Shown here: in pieces, positions 11,443 to 23,010 of the stretch
Layout of the letters: each line of letters begins with the position of its first letter
How positions within the stretch are numbered: the first letter of the stretch is position 1
Source of the DNA: Deltaproteobacteria bacterium
GTDB lineage: Bacteria > Desulfobacterota_D > UBA1144 > Nemesobacterales > CSP1-2
Direction of reading: 5' to 3'
Length of the DNA stretch: 63,038 nt
Assembly: GCA_016187835.1 (NCBI GenBank)
Contig: JACPIY010000107.1
Coordinates: forward strand, 1-63,038
Translations under genes and position numbers: made by a program
Notes under the pieces: model-generated
What the model was told of the DNA's origin: nothing
The model's input: the letters and a program-made list of their open reading frames with translations, nothing else
Database searches by the model: none

Positions 11443-11787
11443 ATGGAAGGCTGCATGTTTTGTAAAATTTTAAAAAGAGAAATTCCAGCTACTATAGTCT
11501 ATGAGGATGAAATTTCGTTAGCATTTAGAGATATAAGTCCAAAAGCTCCCACACATATTCTTGTAATTCCCAAAAAGCACATACGCACTGTGGTTGAAGT
11601 AAAGGAAGAGGATAATTCCCTTCTCGGACACCTTATATATGTTGCAAACGGGATTGCCAAAAAAGAGGGTATTAGCGAAAAAGGATTCAGGCTTGTTATA
11701 AACTGTGGACTAGAAAGTGGACAGTCGGTCTGGCATATTCACATTCATCTCTTGGGCGGAAGGAAGATGACCTGGCCACCAGGTTAG
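11443..11787 (+). CDS. hinT: Histidine triad nucleotide-binding protein (HinT/PKCI family)
   Basis: CMFCKI N-terminus, HIHIH histidine triad, C-terminal WPPG. Confidence 0.92.
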   Translation: MEGCMFCKILKREIPATIVYEDEISLAFRDISPKAPTHILVIPKKHIRTVVEVKEEDNSLLGHLIYVANGIAKKEGISEKGFRLVINCGLESGQSVWHIHIHLLGGRKMTWPPG

Positions 11788-11837
11788 ATAAATAGAAGAG
11801 GCACATTGCAATTCATCTCCGAAAAAAGTTTCATCAA

Positions 11838-13100
11838 ATGAACGATGCAATAATCTATCTCAACTCTCTTGGGCTTCACAAAGTCAAACCGGGTCTTGAG
11901 AGGATCACTAAGATTCTTGGATTTCTTGAAAATCCACAAGATAAAGTACCGTGCCTAATTATCGCTGGAACAAACGGTAAAGGCTCTGTTGCTTCAACTG
12001 TTGCATCAGTACTCGGAGCACAAGGATACAAAACGGGACTATACACCTCCCCTCACCTCACAAGGATTTCTGAGAGAATAAAAATCAATGGAGAGGAAAT
12101 CTCTATTGATGATTTATATAGATTAATACTAGAAATAAAAAAAACATCTTCTCATTTATCCGAAGAACCAAGCTATTTTGAGGTTTTGACCGCGGCAGCG
12201 TTTCTATATTTTTCTGAGCGTAAAGTAGATTTCTCGGTACTTGAGGTAGGGATGGGAGGACGCTGGGATGCAACCAATGTTGTTCTCCCAACAATTTCTG
12301 TTATAACAAACATCTCAAAAGATCATACGGAATTTCTCGGAGAGAGCATTAAGCAAATAGCCCTTGAAAAAGCAGGTGTTGTAAAAAAGGGGGTTCCTGT
12401 TATCACTGCTGCAAAAGAACAAGCCCTAGAAGAAATTGTGAATATAGCCTTACAAAAATCCGCGCCAATAAGTATTATGGGAAAAGATTTTATTGTTAAA
12501 GGAGGAAGCACAGAAGACTTTAGTTACTCGGGAAAAATCTGGAGTTTAGACCATCTTTATTTTAGCCTTTCAGGCTTATATCAGCTCGAAAATGTTTCTC
12601 TTGCCATTGCTGCACTTGAATCCATCTCTCAATTTCATGGAATCAAGATAGACGAGAAACACTTAAGAAAAGGAATTTCTTCTACAAAGTGGGAAGGAAG
12701 ACTGGAGGTTATAAGAAAAAATCCTCCTTTAGTTCTAGACGGTGCACACAACCCCGGTGCTGCAAGTGCACTGAGAAAATCGCTACAAGCAATGTTCCCC
12801 GAAATGCAATTTGTTTTCCTACTGGGAATGCTTTCAGATAAAGATCATGAAAATTATCTTAAAGAGATTGCTCAAGTTGCCAAGAGCATCATAACAACCA
12901 ATGTGCCGTCCGAGAGAGGGATTACGGCGGAAAGATTAGCTGCTATAGCAAAGCGACATGTAGAAAAGATACAGGTTAAAAGCAATCTTAAAGAGGCTTT
13001 CGAAGATTTAAAAAACCTCATAAGTCCCGTATGTGTTAGTGGTTCTCTCTATCTAATAGGGGCTATAAAGAAAATCATAAAAGACGTCAATTCTACTTAG
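11838..13100 (+). CDS. folC: Folylpolyglutamate synthase / dihydrofolate synthase
   Basis: AGTNGKGS, YTSPHL, EVGMGGRWDATNV, LDGAHNP, SGSLYLIG. Confidence 0.95.
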   Translation: MNDAIIYLNSLGLHKVKPGLERITKILGFLENPQDKVPCLIIAGTNGKGSVASTVASVLGAQGYKTGLYTSPHLTRISERIKINGEEISIDDLYRLILEIKKTSSHLSEEPSYFEVLTAAAFLYFSERKVDFSVLEVGMGGRWDATNVVLPTISVITNISKDHTEFLGESIKQIALEKAGVVKKGVPVITAAKEQALEEIVNIALQKSAPISIMGKDFIVKGGSTEDFSYSGKIWSLDHLYFSLSGLYQLENVSLAIAALESISQFHGIKIDEKHLRKGISSTKWEGRLEVIRKNPPLVLDGAHNPGAASALRKSLQAMFPEMQFVFLLGMLSDKDHENYLKEIAQVAKSIITTNVPSERGITAERLAAIAKRHVEKIQVKSNLKEAFEDLKNLISPVCVSGSLYLIGAIKKIIKDVNST

Positions 13101-13130
13101 GGACCAAATCTTTGTGGACCAGCATGATCT

Positions 13131-14201
13131 ATGCTACTATTTTTGCCAGTTAGGAGGAACAACCGAATAAAAAAGCTGGGAATAGTCCTCGATAAACTCT
13201 ACATTGACCACGATAACGGTTTGGGACACCCTGAATCCAAGGAAAGACTGCTTGCCATTATTGATATGCTGAAGGCGACAAAACTTCTTGAAGAAGTAAT
13301 TCGAATAGAGCCACGGGACGCTACTAAAGATGAGGTTTCCCTTGTCCATGATCCAAAGTACTGTGATCTAATTGCATCAACTAGGGGAAGACCCCGGGTG
13401 TTTTTAGACCCCGACACCTCCACATGTCCGGTATCTTTTAACGCAGCAATTAGAGCCGCAGGAGGGATGCTTTCCTCCATTGAAAGCGTCCTGAAAGGTG
13501 AAGTTGATATAGCCTTTCCCCTCGTTCGCCCTCCAGGACATCATGCTGAGAGCAATCGGGCCATGGGATTTTGTCTCTTCAACAACGTTGCAATAGGTGC
13601 GGCTTATCTCGTAAAGGTCAAGGGGTTTCAAAGGGTGCTTGTTGTGGATTGGGACCTCCATCACGGCAACGGAACCCAAAATATGTTTTACAACTCTTCG
13701 GAGGTCTTATACTTCTCCACACATCAATATCCATATTATCCGGGAACGGGAGGAATTAACGAAGTTGGCAAAGAAAACGGTGCCGGATACACAGTTAACG
13801 TACCGCTTCACGCAGGTATGGGAGACAAAGAATACCTAAAAATATTTACAGAAATCCTTGAACCAGTAATAGATCAGTATAAACCTGAGTTTATTCTGGT
13901 TTCCGCAGGATTTGACACATATTTTGAAGACCCCCTTGGAGATATGAAAGTTACCCCGCACGGTTTTGCGCAAATGACAAGATTTCTGAAAAAAGGGGCA
14001 GAAAAGCACTGTGGTGGAAAGATAGTTTTTATTCTCGAAGGAGGTTATAACCTTGACGGACTTTGGCTCTCTACTAAAGAGGTGTTTGAGGAAATATTAG
14101 AGAAAAGGAGTACGGAGTACGGAGATTTGAAGGAGAAAACAAACGCGGGTCAAATCATTGAAAATGTGAAAAAAGTGCAGTCACAATTTTGGAAATTCTA
14201 G
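13131..14201 (+). CDS. Histone deacetylase family (zinc-dependent amidohydrolase) protein
   Basis: HPESKERL, RPPGHHA, GFCLFNN, DWDLHHGNGTQ, SAGFD, LEGGY. Confidence 0.93.
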   Translation: MLLFLPVRRNNRIKKLGIVLDKLYIDHDNGLGHPESKERLLAIIDMLKATKLLEEVIRIEPRDATKDEVSLVHDPKYCDLIASTRGRPRVFLDPDTSTCPVSFNAAIRAAGGMLSSIESVLKGEVDIAFPLVRPPGHHAESNRAMGFCLFNNVAIGAAYLVKVKGFQRVLVVDWDLHHGNGTQNMFYNSSEVLYFSTHQYPYYPGTGGINEVGKENGAGYTVNVPLHAGMGDKEYLKIFTEILEPVIDQYKPEFILVSAGFDTYFEDPLGDMKVTPHGFAQMTRFLKKGAEKHCGGKIVFILEGGYNLDGLWLSTKEVFEEILEKRSTEYGDLKEKTNAGQIIENVKKVQSQFWKF

Positions 14202-15010
14202 ACCTTTTTTCTCAATTTTCTGTGGTCTTTGCCTTCGAGATATATAAATTCACACATCTCATATAGTCTTGATGCGATTCTCTCTCCAACTCTCTCTTCA
14301 AGTATCTCATGATTTTCACCACCCTGTTTTGTCAAGTGGTCTTTAGAAACATAATTCGTAGTAATGAGAGTAATCTTTTCCGCATTGTATCTTTTTGAGA
14401 TTAGTTGATCGAGTATATTCAGCTCCCAATCACTGCTCTTTGCTTTTCCCAATTCGTCTATAACTAGAACCTCGGTTTCTATAAGCGGAAGTAGGACCTC
14501 GTTCTCTGGATTACCCTGGGAATAAGCTTCTTTCAGTTCGGAAAGCAGGTAGAAAAAATCCTTGAAGAGGCATTTTATCCCTCGCTCTAAAGTAATCTCA
14601 GATATAGCGCCTATTGCAAGGTGGGTTTTTCCAAGACCGGCTTTACCCATAAGGAGAAAACCCCTCTTTTCAGGATAGAGCTGTACAAAATCCTTTGCAT
14701 ATCGAAGCGCGTATTTGTGTGTTTCGTGTTTTGGTTGGAACGTGTCCACCTGAAGTACATGCCAATACTTAGCGGGAATCCCCGCCAGGTTATAGAGTTT
14801 AATATTCCTTCGTACAACTCCACATACCCTACACATAGCAACATGGGTATAGCCATTCTGGTTTTTTGAGATAGTTGAGCCTGTTCCATTACACTCTCGA
14901 CACTTTAGGACGCATTCACAAGCCTTTGCCATTGCAAAGTTACCTTTTTTCTCAATTATGTATCCATTCTGATAGCATCTTTCGCATCCTATGGATATTT
15001 GCTTAACCAT
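14198..15010 (-). CDS. DnaC/DnaI/IstB-like AAA+ ATPase with N-terminal Cys clusters
   Basis: CERC, CEC, CREC and CRVC, then AGIPAKY, Walker A GKAGLGKTH, Walker B LVIDELG, ITTN, RIASRLYEMC. Confidence 0.85.
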   Translation of the reverse strand: MVKQISIGCERCYQNGYIIEKKGNFAMAKACECVLKCRECNGTGSTISKNQNGYTHVAMCRVCGVVRRNIKLYNLAGIPAKYWHVLQVDTFQPKHETHKYALRYAKDFVQLYPEKRGFLLMGKAGLGKTHLAIGAISEITLERGIKCLFKDFFYLLSELKEAYSQGNPENEVLLPLIETEVLVIDELGKAKSSDWELNILDQLISKRYNAEKITLITTNYVSKDHLTKQGGENHEILEERVGERIASRLYEMCEFIYLEGKDHRKLRKKV

Positions 15011-15015
15011 TTCTT

Positions 15016-15675
15016 TTAGCCATCCGAAACTATGTTTTTTAATCCGTATTTTTTCCTCAGTATTTCATTCCGAAATGACATTACACTTTCACGACGTGCT
15101 CTCTCGGTCATAAAACGAGAGCTTCTATTGCCTCTATTTTCTGCTTCAGGCATTATTTTGTCCCTTTCTGTTTGTGAAAGGCTCTGAAAAAAATTCTCAA
15201 AAAAATCCTCTTCAATTTGCTCTATAGTTTTAAATGTGTCTTCATCATCCCTGTTGATTAAGGCTAAAATCCGTTTTCTAGCGTGTATATAATTTCCCCT
15301 AACATTATCTCTCTTCTCAGATTTAATTATTTCATTGAGCCTTTCCACGATTCTTTGAATGACAACTTTATCCGAATCTAATTCTCCGCTAGACTCCCCT
15401 CTTGCGATAGCCTGATAACCTCCTATCACTTCTTCAACAAAAGAAACAACTTGGCAAAGACTTGGTAAAAACCTATCATTACTTTTTTTATTGAGGCTCT
15501 GATCAAAGGCTTTACTTATACCTTTAAAAATAACCTCCTTAGGGATTTTTTTCTTTTTCCAACTTAGAATGAGATCATAGTCCTTTGAGGAAAGCATAAT
15601 ACCCTTTCCTGATAGTGAAAGAAAATACTCCTCTATCTCTTTTACGTAAGAGCTTTTATAGATCATATAACCCAT
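15016..15675 (-). CDS. Hypothetical protein, DnaD/DnaB-like helical N-domain (inferred)
   Basis: EIEEYF...GIMLSSKDYDLILSW...IPKEVIFKGISKAF resembles DnaD-type domains; 5 bp from the DnaC-like ATPase. Confidence 0.6.
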   Translation of the reverse strand: MGYMIYKSSYVKEIEEYFLSLSGKGIMLSSKDYDLILSWKKKKIPKEVIFKGISKAFDQSLNKKSNDRFLPSLCQVVSFVEEVIGGYQAIARGESSGELDSDKVVIQRIVERLNEIIKSEKRDNVRGNYIHARKRILALINRDDEDTFKTIEQIEEDFFENFFQSLSQTERDKIMPEAENRGNRSSRFMTERARRESVMSFRNEILRKKYGLKNIVSDG

Positions 15676-15747
15676 CCCTACCCTTTAATAACAGATATAT
15701 GCCTGAGAAACAACCTTCTTGAATTCTTGGTTCAAGGAGTATTCAAT

Positions 15748-16437
15748 TTACAGATGTTTCCCGCCTGCAATCTCTACCATATCTCTCATTTCTTGGATAG
15801 TTTCAGCATAACTCTTTGTTTTAAAAATACCGGAGCCTGAAACAAAAACATCCGCGCCGGCCTCAGCGACGTCTCTTATATTGTCGAGATTAATTCCGCC
15901 GTCAACCTCGATAAGCGGCTTATTATTATCCGATTTATCAATTATATTTCTTAACCGCCTTATTTTGGGAATCATCGTCTTGATGAATTTCTGTCCAGAA
16001 AACCCCGGCTCTACCGTCATTATAAGGATTAAATCCACATACGTTAATATCTCCTCTACGCTTGAAAGCGGAGTAGCCGGATTGAGTGCAACCCCGGCCA
16101 TTACTCCATGAGATTTAATTTTTGCTAAAGTAGAATAGAGAAGCTTAGAAGTTTCTATCTGAACGGTTACGAGTTTAACAAATGGCTGTCCAGATTCGAT
16201 GAAAATCTCTGCAAACTCGTCAGGGTTGTCAATCATGAGGTGAATATCCATAGGGGGTGGACCTATGCTTTTAATCGCTTCCACTACAGGAATACCGATG
16301 CTTATATTTGGGACAAAATGCCCATCCATTACGTCTACGTGTATCCAGTCAGCCCCTGCCTCTTGAACGGCATTTATCTCGTCACCCAATTTTGCAAAAT
16401 CCGCGGAAAGTATCGAGGGAACTATAAGTTTTTTCAT
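15748..16437 (-). CDS. rpe: Ribulose-phosphate 3-epimerase
   Basis: PSILSADF, HVDVMDGHFVPN, MTVEPGFSGQ, IEVDGGI. Confidence 0.97.
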   Translation of the reverse strand: MKKLIVPSILSADFAKLGDEINAVQEAGADWIHVDVMDGHFVPNISIGIPVVEAIKSIGPPPMDIHLMIDNPDEFAEIFIESGQPFVKLVTVQIETSKLLYSTLAKIKSHGVMAGVALNPATPLSSVEEILTYVDLILIMTVEPGFSGQKFIKTMIPKIRRLRNIIDKSDNNKPLIEVDGGINLDNIRDVAEAGADVFVSGSGIFKTKSYAETIQEMRDMVEIAGGKHL

Positions 16438-16445
16438 ATCTCGGC

Positions 16446-17804
16446 TCAGTTCATTCTTTTAAATCTTACCGCAAAAAATCCATCCATATTGTATAGTACC
16501 GGATCGGATATGAAAAAACCGCTCCCTTTAAAAAAAGTAGAATCTAAAGGCAAAATTGATTCTATCCCTGTATCAATTTCAAGTTCCGAATTTTCTTGTA
16601 AAAATCTTTCACACAACCTCTCATTTTCCTCAGGCATCAAAGTGCATACAGCATAAACTATTACCCCCCCCGGTTTGAGCATTTTTGAGACTTGGGATAA
16701 GATTTTAAACTGAATCTCCGAGAGTTCAAGTATATCTCTTTCGGTCTTTCTCCATTTAGCATCCGGGTTTCTCTTTAGCGTACCCAGACCTGAGCATGGA
16801 GCGTCAACCAAGACCTTATCAAAACTCAGCTCAAATTCCTTTGTTCCATCTCCGCTAGATGCGTCAGCAAGAACGGTTTTGATTATTCCTATTCCCAGTC
16901 TCTTTGCCTGGAGTTTAACAAGCCTAAGCCTTGATTTATTAATATCCAAGGCAACTACCTCCCCTTTATTCTGCATAAGCTCGGCTATATGAGTAGTTTT
17001 TCCGCCAGGGGCGCTACAGGCATCGAGAATTCTATCTCCAGGTTTTGGGTACAGGAGATAAGAAACAAGTTGAGCCGCTTCGTCTTGCACTGTGAAGAGT
17101 CCAAGGTCAAACTCAGGAATTGACGCAGGATCAAATTTGCTTAAAATGGTTATTCCATCCAGCGAATACTTAGTCGGTATTAGCTCAATGCCTCTATTTT
17201 GAAGCCTCTTTATTAATTCGTTCTTGGTTGTTTTTAGAGAGTTTACCCTTATTGTAAATGGAGGCACCTGATTAAGTGATTGACAAAGCTTTTCAGTGTA
17301 AGCAAATCCGAATAGTTCTATCCATCTCTCGACGAGCCATTTGGGAAAAGAATCTTTTACCGATATGTAGGTAATTAGATCATGTTCTTTTTCAGGGTAG
17401 CTTATGTTTTCTTTCTCTCTTACAATTTCTCTTAAAACGGCGTTTACAAAGTTTCCAACCTTTTCCCCGTAAACGTTTTTCGCAATATTAACTGTCTCGT
17501 TGATTGCGGCATAATCTGGGACACCATCTAAAAACAGGAGTTGATAAACTCCGAGTCTGAGAATATTCAGAATTTCTTTTTTCTTAACCTTGCTTGCAAA
17601 AAGACCTATAACATAGTCCAATTTTCCTAGCCATCTTACCACTCCATAGACCAACTCCGTTAGTAACGCGGCGTCTTGTTTAGAAAAATGCGGATTTTCT
17701 TTAAATGCGCCCTCAAGCGCCAAGTCAGGATAAGCTTCTTCCAGTATCACTCTATTTAGGGTTCTAAAAGCCAGTACTCTTGCAGATAGATTTTTTGTTT
17801 TCAT
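16446..17804 (-). CDS. rsmB: 16S rRNA m5C967 methyltransferase RsmB (Sun)
   Basis: NusB-like N-domain, QDEAAQ, LDACSAPGGKT, DAPCSGLG, EENE, DGFF. Confidence 0.95.
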   Translation of the reverse strand: MKTKNLSARVLAFRTLNRVILEEAYPDLALEGAFKENPHFSKQDAALLTELVYGVVRWLGKLDYVIGLFASKVKKKEILNILRLGVYQLLFLDGVPDYAAINETVNIAKNVYGEKVGNFVNAVLREIVREKENISYPEKEHDLITYISVKDSFPKWLVERWIELFGFAYTEKLCQSLNQVPPFTIRVNSLKTTKNELIKRLQNRGIELIPTKYSLDGITILSKFDPASIPEFDLGLFTVQDEAAQLVSYLLYPKPGDRILDACSAPGGKTTHIAELMQNKGEVVALDINKSRLRLVKLQAKRLGIGIIKTVLADASSGDGTKEFELSFDKVLVDAPCSGLGTLKRNPDAKWRKTERDILELSEIQFKILSQVSKMLKPGGVIVYAVCTLMPEENERLCERFLQENSELEIDTGIESILPLDSTFFKGSGFFISDPVLYNMDGFFAVRFKRMN

Positions 17805-17867
17805 TTGATAAACGTATTATTCTAAAATAAAATTGGATTGTATATAAAAGCTAATTGTTTTTCTTCC

Positions 17868-17895
17868 TTGACATATCGGGTTAAAAGTATATATT
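17868..17895 (+). promoter_or_regulatory. Putative sigma70 promoter of metK-ahcY
   Basis: TTGACA-16 bp-TATATT, then a GGAGG SD before the metK ATG. Confidence 0.5.
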
Positions 17896-17932
17896 TTTTT
17901 CGCTTTTAATAGTAGTTACGGAGGCATATTGT

Positions 17933-19093
17933 ATGGCTCAAAACAGTTTTATTTTTACTTCCGAATCGGTCACGGAGGGTCATCCTGATAAAATGGCAGA
18001 TCAAATCTCTGATGCAGTTCTTGATGCTGTTATTGCACAGGACCCGGCTGGCAGAGTTGCCTGCGAAACTCTCCTTACAACAGGACTTGTTGTAGTCGCA
18101 GGTGAATTTACTACAACCGCTAACTTTAGCATTGCTACAATTGTTAGAAACACCGTAAGAAATATAGGATATACGGATAGCTCAATGGGATTTGATGCCG
18201 ATAACTGTGGTGTCATGGTAGCAATTGGAAGACAATCTCCTGATATTGCCCTTGGGGTTGACGCTACAAAAGAAAAAGAGCAAGGAGCCGGAGACCAGGG
18301 ACTAATGTTTGGCTATGCTACAGATGAAACACCCGAGCTTATGCCTACACCCATTATGTATGCGAATAAGCTTGCAAAGCGGCTCTCTGATGTAAGAAGA
18401 AACGGAACGCTTCCATTTCTTAGACCCGATGGAAAAACACAGGTGACGGTGAAGTATGAAAACCAGATGCCCGTAGGTGTTGATACTGTTGTTGTTTCTA
18501 CTCAACACTCTCCTGATGTCAGTAACTCTACGATTTACGAGGCAGTACTAGAAGAGGTAATAAAACCGGTAATATCGGAGGAGCTTCTTTCCTCAAGGAC
18601 TAAGCTTTATATCAATCCTACAGGAAGATTTGTAATCGGCGGTCCAAAGGGGGATACAGGTCTTACCGGACGAAAAATTATAATAGACACATACGGTGGA
18701 TGGTCGAGACACGGTGGCGGAGCATTTTCCGGAAAGGATCCGTCCAAAGTAGATAGAAGTGCCAGTTATATGGCGCGCTATATTGCTAAAAACGTGGTTG
18801 CCGCCGGACTTGCGAGAAAATGTGAGGTACAAATTGCCTATGCCATCGGAGTTGCAGAACCGGTGTCCGTGATGGTTGATACCTTTGGTTCGGGTGTGGT
18901 TTCTGAGGATAGGATTTCGAAGGGTATAAGAGAGGTGTTTGATTTAAAACCCGCTGGAATTGTAAGAACTCTGGATCTTCTGAGACCAATATACCAGAAA
19001 ACTGCGGTATTTGGTCATTTTGGAAGGGAGGATAAAGATCTTACCTGGGAAAGAACAGATAAAGTTGAACTGCTAAGAAAAGCTGTCAAGTAA
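17933..19093 (+). CDS. metK: S-adenosylmethionine synthetase
   Basis: [40 protein letters not shown]. Confidence 0.98.
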   Translation: MAQNSFIFTSESVTEGHPDKMADQISDAVLDAVIAQDPAGRVACETLLTTGLVVVAGEFTTTANFSIATIVRNTVRNIGYTDSSMGFDADNCGVMVAIGRQSPDIALGVDATKEKEQGAGDQGLMFGYATDETPELMPTPIMYANKLAKRLSDVRRNGTLPFLRPDGKTQVTVKYENQMPVGVDTVVVSTQHSPDVSNSTIYEAVLEEVIKPVISEELLSSRTKLYINPTGRFVIGGPKGDTGLTGRKIIIDTYGGWSRHGGGAFSGKDPSKVDRSASYMARYIAKNVVAAGLARKCEVQIAYAIGVAEPVSVMVDTFGSGVVSEDRISKGIREVFDLKPAGIVRTLDLLRPIYQKTAVFGHFGREDKDLTWERTDKVELLRKAVK

Positions 19094-19158
19094 CTGAAAT
19101 TCTTATTCATTTACTCCTTAAAATTAAACCTCATTTATTATTCAAATGGAGGGTATAG

Positions 19159-20415
<1,257 letters not shown>

Positions 20416-20521
20416 TTTTTTGAGTTTTACATTTCGGTTGTTAAATTTGTCCGTTGTAAGTTGTCCTCAGAGTGTTGAAAAAAACAACTAGGACAAGTAC
20501 ATAAGGACTGATATCAAAATT

Positions 20522-21409
20522 ATGAATCAACATGTAGATTCCTTTATTTCCTATCTTACGGTTGTAAGGGGGCTTTCAAAAAATACTTTAGAATCTTATG
20601 GAAGAGATGTTTTAAAGTTCGTTTCCTATCTCGAGGGTAAAGGGATAGCTAACCTTGATAACGTAGATTATAAACACATACTGGATTTTCTTTCGTCCTT
20701 GAAGGAACAGGGTCTTAACATAAGGTCTATAGCGCGAATTCTGGTGTCCATAAAACAGTTTTATAAGTTTCTTCTTATCGAAAAGATTATAGAAAAAGAT
20801 CCTACCTTTCTCATCCGCACACCAAAGATGAAAACATTCATTCCCGGTGTGCTTTCCCTGGATGATATTGAAAACCTGCTCACATCACCCGATGAAAATT
20901 CTTTTGAAGGAAACAGAGATAAAGCTATGCTTGAGGTTCTCTATGCAACTGGGATAAGGGTTTCAGAGCTTGTCGAACTGGAGCTTAATAGTGTAAACTT
21001 CGAATTGGGATACCTGCTCGTCTATGGAAAGGGAGGAAAGGAGAGATTAGTCCCGGTGGGAGAGAAAGCTATAAAGAAGTTGAATGAGTATTTGAATATA
21101 TCGAGACCGAAGCTTCTTAAATCCAGAAAGTCCATTTACCTTTTTGTCACCCGACGTGGCAGCAAAATGACCCGTCAGGGATTCTGGAAACTGATGAAGA
21201 ATTACGCTAATAAGATAGGAGTAAATAAAAAAATAAGTCCGCACACCCTAAGACATTCCTTTGCTACTCATCTCCTCGAACGCGGCGCCGATTTAAGGAC
21301 GATACAGATTATGCTCGGGCATTCGGATATTTCAACGACTCAGATTTATACCCATATTGAAAGGGAGAGACTGAAGGAAGTACATAAAAAATACCATCCA
21401 AGGTCTTAG
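20522..21409 (+). CDS. xerD: Site-specific tyrosine recombinase XerD
   Basis: LYATGIRVSEL, GKGGKERLVP, TRQGFWK, SPHTLRHSFATHLL, LGHSDISTTQIYTH, HPR end. Confidence 0.93.
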   Translation: MNQHVDSFISYLTVVRGLSKNTLESYGRDVLKFVSYLEGKGIANLDNVDYKHILDFLSSLKEQGLNIRSIARILVSIKQFYKFLLIEKIIEKDPTFLIRTPKMKTFIPGVLSLDDIENLLTSPDENSFEGNRDKAMLEVLYATGIRVSELVELELNSVNFELGYLLVYGKGGKERLVPVGEKAIKKLNEYLNISRPKLLKSRKSIYLFVTRRGSKMTRQGFWKLMKNYANKIGVNKKISPHTLRHSFATHLLERGADLRTIQIMLGHSDISTTQIYTHIERERLKEVHKKYHPRS

Positions 21410-21413
21410 CAGA

Positions 21414-22097
21414 ATGGATTTTAATTTTAAACTCATACTAATTCAGGCTCCAGTGATTCTGTTCGCCCTTACCGTGCATGAGTTCTGTCACGCCTGGGTC
21501 GCAGATTTGCTGGGAGATGATACGGCAAAAAGGCAGGGACGGTTGACTTTAAACCCAATAGTTCACTTGGATGTTCTGGGAACAATACTAATGTTCGTAG
21601 CTGGATTTGGATGGGCAAAACCGGTTCCGGTTAATCCTATCAATTTTAAAAACCCAAGAAAAGGAATGCTTCTTGTAGCAATTGCTGGACCGGCTTCAAA
21701 TCTCGTGATGGCTATTGCCGCAGGATTATTCCTCAGATTTACCATTCCGAATCTCACCGGCGTTGAGTTAAATTCTTCATTATCTTCGGTTATAACAGTT
21801 TCGCTTGTTATGATAATTCTCACGCTTCAATTCGGTATTGCCCTTGCCGTATTCAATATGATTCCCGTACCTCCTCTTGACGGTTCAAGGGTACTCTATG
21901 GACTTCTGCCTCTAAAACAGGCCCATGCCTACAGTCGCTTTGAACCTTACGGAATGTTGATTCTATTCGGTCTCTTTTTTTTTGGTGGCCGTGTGTTTAC
22001 TTATATTCTCTGGTATCCCGTATCAATTCTCACTGAGATATTTTCTGGATATAATTACTTTCAACTTTCAAGTATAATTAAACACATTCCCTCTTGA
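21414..22097 (+). CDS. Site-2 protease (peptidase M50) family membrane protein
   Basis: HEFCH, GWAKPVPVN, AGPASN, FNMIPVPPLDG. Confidence 0.93.
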   Translation: MDFNFKLILIQAPVILFALTVHEFCHAWVADLLGDDTAKRQGRLTLNPIVHLDVLGTILMFVAGFGWAKPVPVNPINFKNPRKGMLLVAIAGPASNLVMAIAAGLFLRFTIPNLTGVELNSSLSSVITVSLVMIILTLQFGIALAVFNMIPVPPLDGSRVLYGLLPLKQAHAYSRFEPYGMLILFGLFFFGGRVFTYILWYPVSILTEIFSGYNYFQLSSIIKHIPS

Positions 22098-22224
22098 AAT
22101 TCAGCAGGTTAAATATCTGTATTTTCTTCGGGGATGTGATTCAGTGACAAAACATGTCCTGAATGATGATATTTTGTGAGGGAAACATCTAGCCGCTTTA
22201 TAGGTCTTAAAAGAGGATAAATTT

Positions 22225-23010
22225 TTGGAGATAAACAAAAGTTCGCTATCGTCTGAACCTTGCCTGGTAAAATTAGAAGCGTTCGAAGGCCCGCTGGACC
22301 TCCTTATATACCTTATAAAAAAGAGTGAGGTTGATATTTACGATATCCCTATTGCTATAATAACCGAGCAGTATCTTGAGTACCTGGAAATGATGAAGGA
22401 ACTAAATCTCGAAGTTGTGGGTGATTATCTCGTAATGGCTGCTGAATTGGGTCATATAAAGTCAAATATGCTCCTTCCTAAACCGGAGCCTGAAAATAAA
22501 GAAGATGATGTAGACCCCAGGGCAGAGCTTATAAGACGGCTTATTGAGTACCAGAGATATAAGGAGGCAGCTTCAAAACTCTTAGATTTTCAAATTCTTG
22601 AAAGGGATGTATTCATAAGGGCATGCCAGGATGAAGAGTATCAAAACGACCAGGCTAATATTTTGATAAAAGCTGATCTCTGGTCTCTTATTGATGCCCT
22701 CCGCGATATTTACAAGCGAAGAAATTATTCCTGGCCTGATTCTATAAAATTTGACCTGGAGGCTCTAACTCTTGAGGATAAAATAGATAATCTGACCAAC
22801 AGGATTAAATTAGAAAGTACGCTTTTATTTGAAGACCTTTTTACTGAGGTTTCATCGGATTATGATTTGATATTGACCTTTCTTGCAATCCTGGAGCTTG
22901 TTAAGACCGCTGTTATAGGCGCTTTTCAAGACACCCCTTATGCTTCGATTAGATTGGTTTACTTAGGAGAGCACCAGTTTGGATCGCCAATATATAAAGA
23001 AAGCAATTGA
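22225..23010 (+). CDS. scpA: Segregation and condensation protein A
   Basis: FEGPLDLLIYLI, DIPIAIITEQYL, DPRAELIRRLIEY, TFLAILEL. Confidence 0.94.
   Translation: MEINKSSLSSEPCLVKLEAFEGPLDLLIYLIKKSEVDIYDIPIAIITEQYLEYLEMMKELNLEVVGDYLVMAAELGHIKSNMLLPKPEPENKEDDVDPRAELIRRLIEYQRYKEAASKLLDFQILERDVFIRACQDEEYQNDQANILIKADLWSLIDALRDIYKRRNYSWPDSIKFDLEALTLEDKIDNLTNRIKLESTLLFEDLFTEVSSDYDLILTFLAILELVKTAVIGAFQDTPYASIRLVYLGEHQFGSPIYKESN

Noticed and set aside
14198-15010. IS21 IstB helper or prophage replication gene
   Set aside because: No IstA transposase, terminal inverted repeats or phage genes are adjacent; the context is rsmB-rpe.
17805-17932. SAM riboswitch upstream of metK (also checked upstream of metH and thrC)
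   Set aside because: The leaders are short and AT-rich with no recognisable SAM or cobalamin riboswitch core; a covariance search was not possible.
20522-21409. The tyrosine recombinase as the integrase for the attC cassette or the metH array
   Set aside because: It has XerD signatures and housekeeping context, lacks the IntI-specific insertion, lies 16-25 kb away, and I see no dif-like site at the junctions.
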